From Iphione sp. A-MEVVRFRX5 (taxonomy: Eukaryota): a stretch of DNA of 64,000 nt. Below, piece after piece: positions 13,501 to 25,500 of this stretch (positions are counted from its first letter, which is position 1; each line of letters begins with the position of its first letter). The notes under the pieces are model-generated. The model ran no database searches. It saw nothing but the letters and a program-made list of their open reading frames with translations, and had not been told where the DNA came from. A program made the position numbers and the translations under genes. The stretch is taken from positions 15,996,001 through 16,060,000 of the forward strand of contig OZ320321.1 of NCBI GenBank assembly GCA_976226885.1, in the 5' to 3' direction.

Positions 13501-16500
13501 CTCTATCACATCTACAATGAGACAAAACCTGCACCTCTTCCTCAACACGTGCATTCGTGTTGCACTTAGGATGAGGAAGCAAACACCAGTCACTGTGCTG
13601 TCCAGAAGCTACAACATTGGTAGGGTTGATGACCTCCTGGACAACACGGCCAGGAGGTCTATTCATCAACAGGTAAAACTTGGTTTGCTCCAGCTTGCTG
13701 AACCCTCAAGAACCCGAGAAGGGATGTCTATGAGGGTCAGACTACCGAGGCCGAGAAGCACCCTTTTTGCCTCATCCTTGAGGTACAAGGGTGCAAAACT
13801 CTGGAATGAGCTTCCTGAATGCAGGAAGCTGCTTGACAGGCTTAAGTTCTGCAACTGATGGGAAGACATAAATCTTTGCCCATGGGGACCATTTCTGTGT
13901 GGCCTTTCTCTTTATCTGTCTTCAACACATGGGGACTGCCTGACTGAATCACTGAAGTCAACGAGGTTAATCCTAGCAGTTAGTGCTGCAACATTTCTTT
14001 TTCTTTATAAGAAACTGTCTTTCTTGTTCCATGTGTAAAAACCTACCTGCATAGTCATATTAGATTCTCTTTCTTTTGAGTAAATGTTTCATTCTGTGAT
14101 GGTTCACAGGTAAATTACCTTATTCTGTCCGTTATTCTACTTTGGACTTGTTCAAATTTAAAGTTAATAGAGTGTCTATGACAGATTACATATTTTTAAA
14201 TACAATATACTGTCTTCTCAGCTAGGGAAATGTTTTCAATATATCTATTTTTCGCTTCATTATTCTGATCTTATTAAAATATCATATTGATTCAACAAAG
14301 TTGAAGTTGGTTACAGATAGAGGACTTTACAGACCTGTAATATGTGACGTGCATGTTGTAACTGAGGCTCATTGGAGCTATTGTCAAGGTCTAATGTTCC
14401 AATGGCATTTCTTAACAGGCATGGTATAATCAGTCCCAGATGAACGCCATTCAACACATTTCTATGTACATATGTTTTGCATTTAATTTTATTTTTCCTT
14501 AGTTCACTTATCTTATTGTTCCGAAGATCTTTGTTATGTATACGGAGATGTTCAATTAAAACTTATTCTATTCTATTCTACAGATAAAAAATATAATCGA
14601 CAGACTTTGACATGAGAAAGAAGAAAAATCCTGTCGCCATTACCGTCATGAGCTTGCCACACTGTATAATATCCAGGGAATGGCTGATGATAACGTGATA
14701 GGGCAGGAGGGTCTCCAGGTGGTGGGCGTCGATCTTTAGCGGTTTAGGAAATATGAGATCGATCTTCTCGTCCAGGTTCTCCTGCTGCAGCTTCAGGCGT
14801 CGAGCGCGAAGAGCCCTGGCCTTCTCTAGATGCCTGATGCCCGACTGATCGGCATCAAAGTCCTCCTCGAACTGGAGTGAAAGACGAGAGAGTTGATCTT
14901 ACCTTCTGTACGTATATATATAGACTAGGGAGCCGCCTGAAAGGCTTGTTACCAATAGAGAGACATTGTGCCCAACATGTGTCTAATAATGGAAAGAACA
15001 AATAGTCTTTGTTACATATTAAAAGAAATATCTGACCGTCACAAGTCTCAAAGGCAGTTGAAGAATGAACCAAGGTTGTCCTCACCACGAGTTTTCCACC
15101 GTCTAATTAGGAAAGCGGACAAGGCAGTTTGGTTGTCCTTCAATGAGGTGAATGCCATTTCTTGGGACAGAACCTCTACTTCTAGCAGTGGCACAACGCA
15201 TAGTAGGGAATCCCATATATCTGACGCAGCCCCGTAGCCAGGACTTGTTTTGATGAGGAGGGGGGTATCGGACAGTACCCCCTAAACCCCAGAGGTGGAA
15301 CACATGGTGACCATCTCTATGTCTCTACTTACTGCCTAAGTAGGTGAACAGCTTAATGGACACATACTGCGCATGCGCTGCATGTGAACTGGACAATCAT
15401 CACGCACACATGGATTTGCGCCTCGGTCCGTGTTTGCGTTGTGCGCATCTAGTGCGTGTCACGTACATGTCAATCAGTGTTTGAAAGTAGAGAAAAAAAA
15501 AACCAGCAGCGTTTCTCTATGTGCCACGTCGGACGCATGGCATCTGACGCATGCGCAGACATGGGTGTATCCCCAATCCCTGCGTGCGGCATACTATAAT
15601 GGATACATAATGCTGGACCTTTTTGGGGGGATTTCTTCACCTGAAATTGCCTATAGTGGACCCCATTCGTGAGAATTGATGCTCTATTCACAAGGGGTTC
15701 AAGGTAAGGTGGCCCCCTTTAGGGGATGGTCCCTCTGTTGAGACTTCCACGACCATGATGTAGGGGAACATTTGTGGGTTCTGTGAAAATCTTGTCCTAT
15801 TTAGGGGGTGGTCCCCGTTTTGAGGTGGTCCCTAACAGGGTGTTCTAGTGTACATGCACTGATTACTCAGTGGATATGCACATGCATGTCTGAAGACATA
15901 TGAGACTTTCAACCTGTACACCACAGATGAGGTATCCATCAATGACGAACATGACACAGTCATACAATGCAGAGCTGGCCTTTTTCTCACTGTTTAAACC
16001 CATTTTAGAGGATCCATCACCCAGAAATACTAAAGAACCACTCATCAAGGATTGAAGCACCTCCCACAAAGATAAAGTCATTGTTACTCCGTAAAAAAAC
16101 CACAACACCCAATCGAAACGGTGAGTGTAAAACACCAAACCAGCAATAAACGCCACCCTAATAATTGGATCAGGGACCCTCACTACAAAAAAAAAATGTT
16201 TGACATTGACATAATAAAAAATAAAACTTTTGGCCCCCACCAGAATAACCCCCTTCCCCCTTACTCCCCCTCTCCTGTTCTGGGTGCTTATACCTTCACA
16301 CCGGTGTAATGGTGGATGAAGTCGCCGGAACCGTCGGGAGCGGCGCTGCGCGGGAGCGGGCCGACGATGCGCATCCAGAGCTTGGCGTGGTGCTGGCGGC
16401 CGGAGTTGTCGGTCACGTACTTGTTGACCTCCATGAGGTGCACGTCGATCTCCTGGTTGAAGAGGAGCGCCCCTACTCCACGCATTAAGCCTATCCAGTG

Positions 16501-19500
16501 AAACAAGGGTAAGAGAGAACCTGTAGGGTTGTAATACCTGTCGAACAAGAGCTACAGAAAACCAAGGTTTCTAATACTCCGACAACAAGAGCGAGAGAAA
16601 ACCTAGCTGTAGGGTTCTAATACCTCTCAAACAAGAGCTACAGAAAACCAAGGTTTCTAATACTCCTACAACAAGAGTGAGAGAGAACGTATAGGGGGTT
16701 CTAATACCTCTCAAACAAGAGCTACAGAAAACCGAGGTTTCTAATACTCCTACAACAAGGGTGAGAGAGAACCTAGGATTCTAAATCCTCTACAGTAAGA
16801 GTGAGAGAGAATCTAGGGTTCTAATACCTCTACAAAAAAGTAAGAGAGAACCTACAGTTCTAATACCTCCAAAACAAGAGTGAGAGAGATCCTAGGGTTC
16901 TAATACCTCTAAAACAAGTGTGAGAGAAAACCTAGGATTCTAATACCTCTACAGTAAGAGTGAGAGAGAACCTACAGTTCTAATACCTCCATGACAACAG
17001 TGAGAGAGAATCTAGGGTCTTAATACCTCTAAACTGTCTTCTGGAATAACTAACTTGTTATTTTGTTCCGAGATGTTGCGAATTATGTAGAAAGCTCCTC
17101 AAGCATATCCGGAAACTAACAATGTGGCATATAAGATTGTAATTTACTTAGAAAACACCAAAAGATAAAAAAGTCTCATTCTGCTTTCTTGACTTTATAA
17201 GTAAGAATATTCTTTTTTTCATTCTATGCTGTTGGTAGTAAGATATCGATGCAAAGGTAGACCTCGCTACTTCGAAGACTCGAAACTTCGAATTCTTTAA
17301 TACTTCAAGTAAATGAGGTAAAACAGTTGTGTTATTTACACTGTATAATGATTGAATTGAATTGAATAAAGTTTATTGATCCAAATCTTTATGGTTCCAC
17401 AAAGTTCTCCTTGGACAATAATGTTAACATATAGTACAACAGACAATACAACAGACAGTACAGGACATACACATAGTAGTAAAGGATTAAAGTCAGTGAC
17501 AAAGTACACAAGGTGGTAGATAGTACATGACACAGATATATACGACATATATACAGCAAGCACATGCACCTCATAGTAGGTGTGAGACTAGAGAGGGGTG
17601 TAACAGGGTACGATGGTGGACCTATGCACAATACTACAATAGCACATAAGATTATTGTACAAACATGCACATTGGTGGAAGGATTATATACACGTTGACA
17701 TCACAATCGCCACACCCACGCAGGTTTGGCGGGCAATACATGCGAGTAGTTAAGAGTGTACTTGTGCATAGCAGGGGTGCCATACGCGCAGCTGTTAAGA
17801 CAGGTTAGCATGTAAACATCAGCAAGCCGATAAGTGCATGCAAGATAGAATGTATAGTACTGTGTCTGGGTACCATGCAGGTGACAGAAGAGTATCGATA
17901 GCCATGCTCCTAGTTTTAAACCCCACGTACGTTCACTGGTGCAGATTTTTATTCTATCACAGCATGGACATACCAGTGGGGGTGCCTCCCATCCCGGTTA
18001 GTACTATCCCAGCACAGACAGTCCCTGACCGTCATCCCAGCACAAGCCTACCCACCCTAAATGTTAACCACCCCCTGGATAAGCTAAGATGCGTACATCC
18101 CATGAAGTGATAGCATGTTACTGATCAAGTATCAATGCCCAAGTACCCCGAGGCTGGTTATTCCCAATCCGGCGTCGCAGCTACTGGCCATAATCGTTAC
18201 CTCACCCACTCAGGGCAGCATTCACCCACTTCTTCAGGCTTGGCCTCTTGGCCACCTTAAGATTCCGCGGGAGCTTGTTCCATGAGACTACAGCTTGATA
18301 TCGTAGTCCCGATTTGAACCAGGTGCTTTTAGGCCTTGGAACCTTAAGACTCATTGCGTCGCCTGTCCTCGTCCGAGAACGAGTCGCCTGCGGCAGTAAC
18401 CCCAGGTGGGCCTGTCGATGTATGGCAGCTAGGGCGCGCTCCTCAATGATGTTTGCCACCCTTGGGATCGCATACCTGGAGGAGAGTTCTCTTGACGAGA
18501 GGTACCTGTTCCTCCGCACACTGATCCGTAGGCAGCGGTTCAAATGAATCTGGAGATTCTGATGATCTGCCTTTGACATGCCATACACCAGCACAGCCCC
18601 GTAGAAAATGTGTGGTAACACCAGAGCCTTGAAAAGCCTGGCTCTGATGTCAGGCGGTAGTAGGTGCTTTGCCCTACTGAGCTTCAGCGATGCACTCCAC
18701 ATTTTTGCTTTGATGCTCTTAAGGGCTGGTTTGAATCGAAGCTTAGAGTCAATAAGGTATCCAAGAAGGTTCGTGTGGGGCTCCAAGCACAACTGCTTCC
18801 CATCAATCGTCAGGTCCAGCGGTGTATCCGCTGCCCTCCCTAACACCAGATAGCAGCATTTTTCCACGCTGAGCAGGAGACCCGTCCGGGCGCACCAATA
18901 CTTCAGATCAAATAGTACTTCAAAATATTCAGGCAAATACATGTATAGAGATCCGAAGTAGCAGGGTCTGACTCCACATGTATACATCTATATTGCATGG
19001 GTAATAATGAAGTACATGTACAATATCGAATTTGCCTTTGCCTTTGCCTTTGTCGAATTGTCACATTGCCACACCATTGATATGAGATAAATGTATCAGG
19101 CCATATGGATTTACATTTGTATCTGGATTCTTATGATAGAGGTACATGTATTTCTAAATACAAAAGAACTTCACCACTGGAGACATCGTTAGTTGCCCAT
19201 GAAAATTTTCCAATTTACGATGTGTCCCCAGTTCTCCATGGTATCATGTTCATGCACAACCAAAATATGATGCTGTTCCCGCCAAAGGTGCCCCTAGTCT
19301 AAGGAAATGCCTGCTGTCTCGGGTGTTTTAGACCAAGTAATGTCATGTTATTGACAAAGAGTAATACATGTGTGGTGAACTGCATGTAATGTATTTATAC
19401 TCTCGAATATGATGCATACTTTATTGGCATACATGTATAGTAGAACCTCTATCCTATCGACATCAAAGGGACTTACCAAAAAGTGTCTATAAAGAGGAGT

Positions 19501-22500
19501 GTCCTTTACAGCAGGGGTATTTAGACATGCTTATATAGATTTGGTTCTGTTTCCAGCCTGTACATAATATGAGGAGTCCTTTATAGAGAGTGTCCTTAGT
19601 AGAGGGGTTCCACTGTATTTCCTCACTTACCTAGAACCAGATGTTCCAGGCCATCTCGATGGGAGTAATAGTGAAGGACAACACCCCCGTTCTCTCTTCC
19701 TCCTCTGGAACAGAGGTAAGAATGCGTTATGATCACAAGGTACATGTATATGAAATGTAATACAGTTGAACCTCATAACATAGGAGACCACCATTGGGAC
19801 TAAAGGATTTTGGTCTTCCCTAACGGTTGGTCTCCTCTGCGAGAGGATTTCTAATGAGAACAGAATGTTTGGGACCGGAAGATTCAGCTCTCTCCTGTGG
19901 GTTGGTCTCCCCTGTGAGTTAGTCGTTGAAAGGGTGTTGATTGTATCAGTGTTAAATATATCAAATCGACTGTTACCTGTCACCTGTCAACGTTTCGATG
20001 CAGGGAGATGAAACCAAACGTGATCCCTGTTTAAAAAACTACATTGACTCAAACTATTGAAGTGTGCTTTCCCCTAACCACTGCGTTATGCATGAGGTCA
20101 GATTCTATGAGACTTACTGATCAACCTAATGTCCTCCTTGTTTTTTAAGGCTAATACCTTTGATCTCTCCCGCCGTTGATGACTGGCAGAGCGCGCTTTG
20201 AATTACGTTTCAAGGTCAAACGCTGCTCAAGCAACGCAAATGAATACAATTTTAGAGAATCCTATATCGTAAACATATCCTTTGGTGTCGGAGTACCCTC
20301 ATATGCACTCAGACGCAAGAACAAAAATTGCGTTTACGCATTTCTATTTCAATAAGGTATGCTCTTGAAATATACTCAAAACTTATGGATCGTGTATAAT
20401 ATTACTGGTGTCAACTGCTGTATTAAATATATAATCCATCTACATGTACTAAACACGTACGCCATATACATGTACCAAACACATACTCGATCTACATGCA
20501 CTAAACATATACTCCATTTACATGTACTAAATGTATACCATCTACATGTACAGTGTTCCCTCGGACTACCACCACCTCTCTAAACAGACCACCTCCTGAA
20601 TAAGACCACTTTTAACAAACAGAATTATATACTTGTATATAGATAACACACTCTAATAAGACCACTCCCTATTCAGACCACTTCAGGTAAGGACCACTGG
20701 TGGTAGTATTAGCGAGGGGACGCTGTACTAAATACTCCATCTACATGTACTAAATACATATACCATCTACATGTACTCAATACATACTCCATCTCCATGT
20801 ACTCAATATGTACTTCCTCTCTGTGGTATAAGTATAATACACTTTTTAACATGATGCCTTGTAATTAAACCCATGGTGGCCTAGTGGTTTTATCGACCAT
20901 ACTATTTTTTTCTGAACCATCTTTGAAAGGCCACACTGTTTATTAGGCAATTTTACGCTATGAGTTTATTGTTACCCAATCTTTACTCCGCTCCAACATC
21001 TCCCTTTTTATCGCTATTACTCATACTCTCAACCATTACATTACTTGTTCGAATCTCAATTTTTGTGAAACAAAGGCTTATAGAAGATAAATAAATAAAA
21101 GCCTCCTCGTCCCCTCCCCCCTCCACAAAATACTAAACGGTTAGTGGAAATTGTCCAACAAAGTCCTCGTAACTACAGCAAACTGAAGTGGAAAGTCTCT
21201 TATCAGGACACCTTAGGTTCTTGCCCAAACTGTTCCTAGTTGAGACATGTTCCTATTAGAGGCTTCATTTGGTATGTACTAAATAGAATCTGTTTTTCCA
21301 CAAAGGGTCCTTAACAGAGACTTGCTCTTATTGGAGACGTATCCCTAAGGAGGCTTTTCCACTGTAGGTTTCAGGATTCCACCTTCATCAAAGCTGAGCT
21401 CCTGTGTGGTGTGGAGGTTGGTGTAGCACACCTCTAGCATAGTGTGAATATTGTCAAGGTTGTCAAAGCTCATCTGAACTGTGGGATGCGGAGGTCAGTG
21501 TAGCAAACCTGCAGTATGGTCTGAATATTGTCGAAGTTGTCAAACCTCACCTGAACTGTGAGGTGCAGAGGTCAGTGTAGCACACCTCCAGCATGGTGTG
21601 AATATTGTCAAGGTTGTCGAAGCTCACCTGAACTGTGGGGTGCGGAGGTCGGTGTAGCACACCTCCAGCATGGTGTGAATATTGTCGAGGTTGTCGATGA
21701 AGGAGCCAAAGTCAGTCCCCAGTGAACGTAGCATACGGTCGTAGCCAATGTTCATCGTGTAGTAGATGAAGTAAGGTCCATACTCCTCCAGCACCTCATT
21801 GACACTGTGGTCTGTCAAGTAGATGATCTACATGTACAATGGTCTCCCCTTATCTGACACTTTTGGTTCCTTAAGATTTTGTCAGATATATGAGGTTTGT
21901 CAGATTTGGAAACATTTCAGTTGATTTTTTACATTTGGTTCCTAAAATCTCTATCAGATAAGCAGCATAGTCCGTTATGAGGTCATCCATTAAGGGGGGA
22001 CCACTGTATAAGCAACGGTTCAGCATGTATGAAGGCAGTAACAATGGCAACGTTCAGAGTTTGTATAGTAATGTCTGTAAAGTATGCTATACATCAAGAA
22101 TCAAGGAATTTTCGAACCCTTGTTATCAGGTAACCACAGTCAGATGGAACAAGAGATATACCAATTACATGTATGCCTGTCTTACTGAATCCTCTCAGAA
22201 AGAAGCCTCTCTGTACCAAAGTCACTATTTTCAGTATAAAATGTACTATTTCTGACTTCTTCAGATGACAGTTTAAGACTGATATGATGAACAATCAAAT
22301 TACATTAAGAATGTGATAGATATGTTTATGGTTAAATTGGACCAATATAGCAAACAGGGTTATGATAAAGTGATTATATTTTCTCTGCGTCTGTGTTCTG
22401 GTTTATAGAAAGCGAAAGAGGAAATATTTATTTTACGTTTCTGGTGTCCAGAACGTGATCTGGGTTATGCAGAAGTAAATAAATATCAAATGCCCCGGTA

Positions 22501-25500
22501 GTACACAGCAGAAAAGGTAGGCCACTTACATACAATTTGCACAGACATCTCGTATTTCTATCCTCTCACGCACTCGCGACGGATACGTAACATGCTATGG
22601 GTAAATCTAGAATATTCCAAAGCTGCACATTGCTTTGCCTCTTTCAAAAACCCCCTTCACCAAACTTATGGATTACCCCATGTGAATCTGGATGAGTGAA
22701 AATGAGTAGCAAAGATAGATACGTTGTTCTCTTCTTTAAACAAAAACAGGCGGAATATCACTTCATTAAAGACGCTTCTAAATTGAGTAAATTACCCCCG
22801 AAGTTCCAAATTTCAGTTCTATTTCAACGAAAAGTCCACCATAGTCATCCTTCACAAAACCTCTTCGGCATAAGGCTATATGTAGTTATCTTTCCTCTCA
22901 CACCATCATGATTTTCACAGCTATTTAGTTAATATTATGTGGAGAAGATGAACAGTTGAACCCGTGAGAGACCGTGGCTTGAAATGAGGTAAAACTGCAC
23001 TTTATATCAATGCAAAACAATTGAATAATGTGAAGTTAAATTACCGTTGTTTTCTCACGCACAGTGCATTGAGCACAACAAGTTAATATGTAAGGGGTCT
23101 TTCATATGAATCCGTATTTTTCTAAAATGGATACGGAACCATGGACGGATTTTAGCCTCCCCTAGCAATTGTACTACAGTGTTCATGTGCATCCGTATCA
23201 AAATGGATATGGATACGTATCCGTATTCAGGAACCATCACTAACAGATATTCTACAGATCCATATTTCATAGGAAGCAGCGGTAGAGAGACATCTAGATA
23301 TCATACGTGGGCAATTAATTATGGATCATCAGGATGTATTCCATGTCTCCGGACCCGTAGCCATATTTTCCATATGGATACATGTGAATTGCCCCTTAGA
23401 TGAGGCTAAACATAATGATTCAATAGAAAGGTGGTCATGATATGAATGGAGAAGACCGACCGAGAACTTTCGATATGGCGACGACTAAGGTAAATGTTAG
23501 GCTGTCTTCGTAGTGATGTAACTTGTGGAACCAGTGGGTTTCATCCTCGCACTCGGCCGCTTCTCTGAGAGGAGAAAAATGAAAGCACAGAGAATAACGT
23601 CAGTTGATGCTCTCATTGCTGAGTATTTATCACAAATGTCATCAGAATATTGGTAAATGGCTTTAAACACAGCAAATATCGCGATTTCGCATCTCATATG
23701 TATGTATGTATGTACCGGTATTTATGTATATATGTATGTATACAGTCAAAACTCGATTCAAGACCGCTTCTGTTGGAGACCGTTCTTGCTATTAAGATCA
23801 CCTGAGGTGGTAATGAAATTATTGATCTCTATGATTATTTTTGTCGATTTCCGACCAAACTCACTAATTAGACCACTTTTGGTGGGACCCAAGGAGTGGT
23901 CTTTATATAGAGTTTTGACTGTACAAGTAGCCTACACCTTTATTAATATAATGTATAGGTGTTTCTTGATTTCACTTTGTTGTGCTTCGTCACGAGTGGC
24001 ACATTATCTTAACATTTTTCTTCATAAATTTGGTAACAGAATATTTCTATACATTTTTATCTGGAAATGCCTCTCCTCGAGCCCAAATGCAATGTCATTT
24101 ATGTAAATTCATGAAGCTTTTACTGCGTTGTAGGCTATGAATCTTTGACGACCATGTGACGACTAGGCGGGCTCAGGCATGCTTTATGTCAGCTGATAGG
24201 GTTGGGATCACGTTAAAACTCTTGATATCTAAGTTTCTCAGATAACCTGATCAATATTTGCAGAACGATCTAAGGAGGGGACTTTGACAAAAAAGCAACC
24301 ATGCCACACAAAGCGAAATGGACCGACTAGATTTCAAAGCATGAGTAAGCATCTACGTTTTTCATAGTCATCATAAGTTCCTTGGTTAACATTATATCCT
24401 TCGAGTGACACAGCGTGTGTCGCTGTTTCTCCTTTGGAAAACACAGAGCGGACATTTTTATTGCGATGTATACATGACGAAACTTCCAAAAGTGACTTTT
24501 GAGCGACCATATGCCACTATGATTAGGAGACTGGAAGATCAGTGTTACGACGCATTGATACACGAAACGTTTATATTTTGATAGGTTAGTATAAAGGATT
24601 CGATCTTGTTTTCTTTATTTTATATATTTGGCCTGCGGCATCCCAGCTAAGTGCGTTTCTTGCAAAAGAAAACCCATTCCGGTTAATAAGTTCGTCTCTT
24701 ACAGGCTTAACATTTAGCCTTAAAAGAGCGAGGTGCACATATCATTATTTCCCTTTCGTAAAACGTTTCAAATCTCTTTTCATTAATTCAAAGAATGGTA
24801 CACGTATTCTCCACACAATTTAGAATAGATATCCTCATTAAGGCTAAATTTGCGTGCACGCATGTTGCACTGAGGCATGTAGGCATGTTTCCATGAGTAT
24901 TATACACAAAAGCACGGTCAGAACATGTATTGTCGTATGTACAGAGCAGTTATAGGATTAATTTTTTCATGGTGGAAATATATGCAGCGAAACACAGCAG
25001 CAACAACAGGGCTGGGCAACCTGTCGCATTTTGCAAAAGTGCCACACAGGGATTCAAAAATGCCACAAATTTCCTTTGCTTCTCATTCATTCAGTGTTGA
25101 AATAACATTAATTTGCGACAGGGACATAGGAAATGCGACAACGTCTCTTGGGTGCCCAGCCCTGAACAGGGCAACATGCATGTATGAGAATCCAATCCTG
25201 GCTCGGTGAAGTTACATGGTACGATACGTGAATGTCACAGGTAAGCATGATTATATAAAATCGTAAAACTCACAAGACTTTCTCCCAGACTTCTTCGCCG
25301 TAATGGTCTAAAACCATTAGCTTGAGACTGTCGTGGATATGACCGTGCTGAAGGGAATGACAAATTGATGAAATATGAGTTATTATCGATATAGCACTGT
25401 TAAGCATCATGTAGCCTCATCAAATCTTTCCGATTTCTTCAATACTACCAAACATGATTTTAAGTGGATGAGCAATCTTCAGTGAGAGGGCACAATTGAT

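Noticed and set aside
15863-16240. 125-aa hydrophobic ORF in sGC intron 6
   Set aside because: No recognisable motif or splice context.
20872-21058. A-box-like GGTGGCCTAGTGG and a GTTCGAATC motif suggesting a tRNA
   Set aside because: The boxes are about 170 bp apart with no cloverleaf stems; at most SINE debris.
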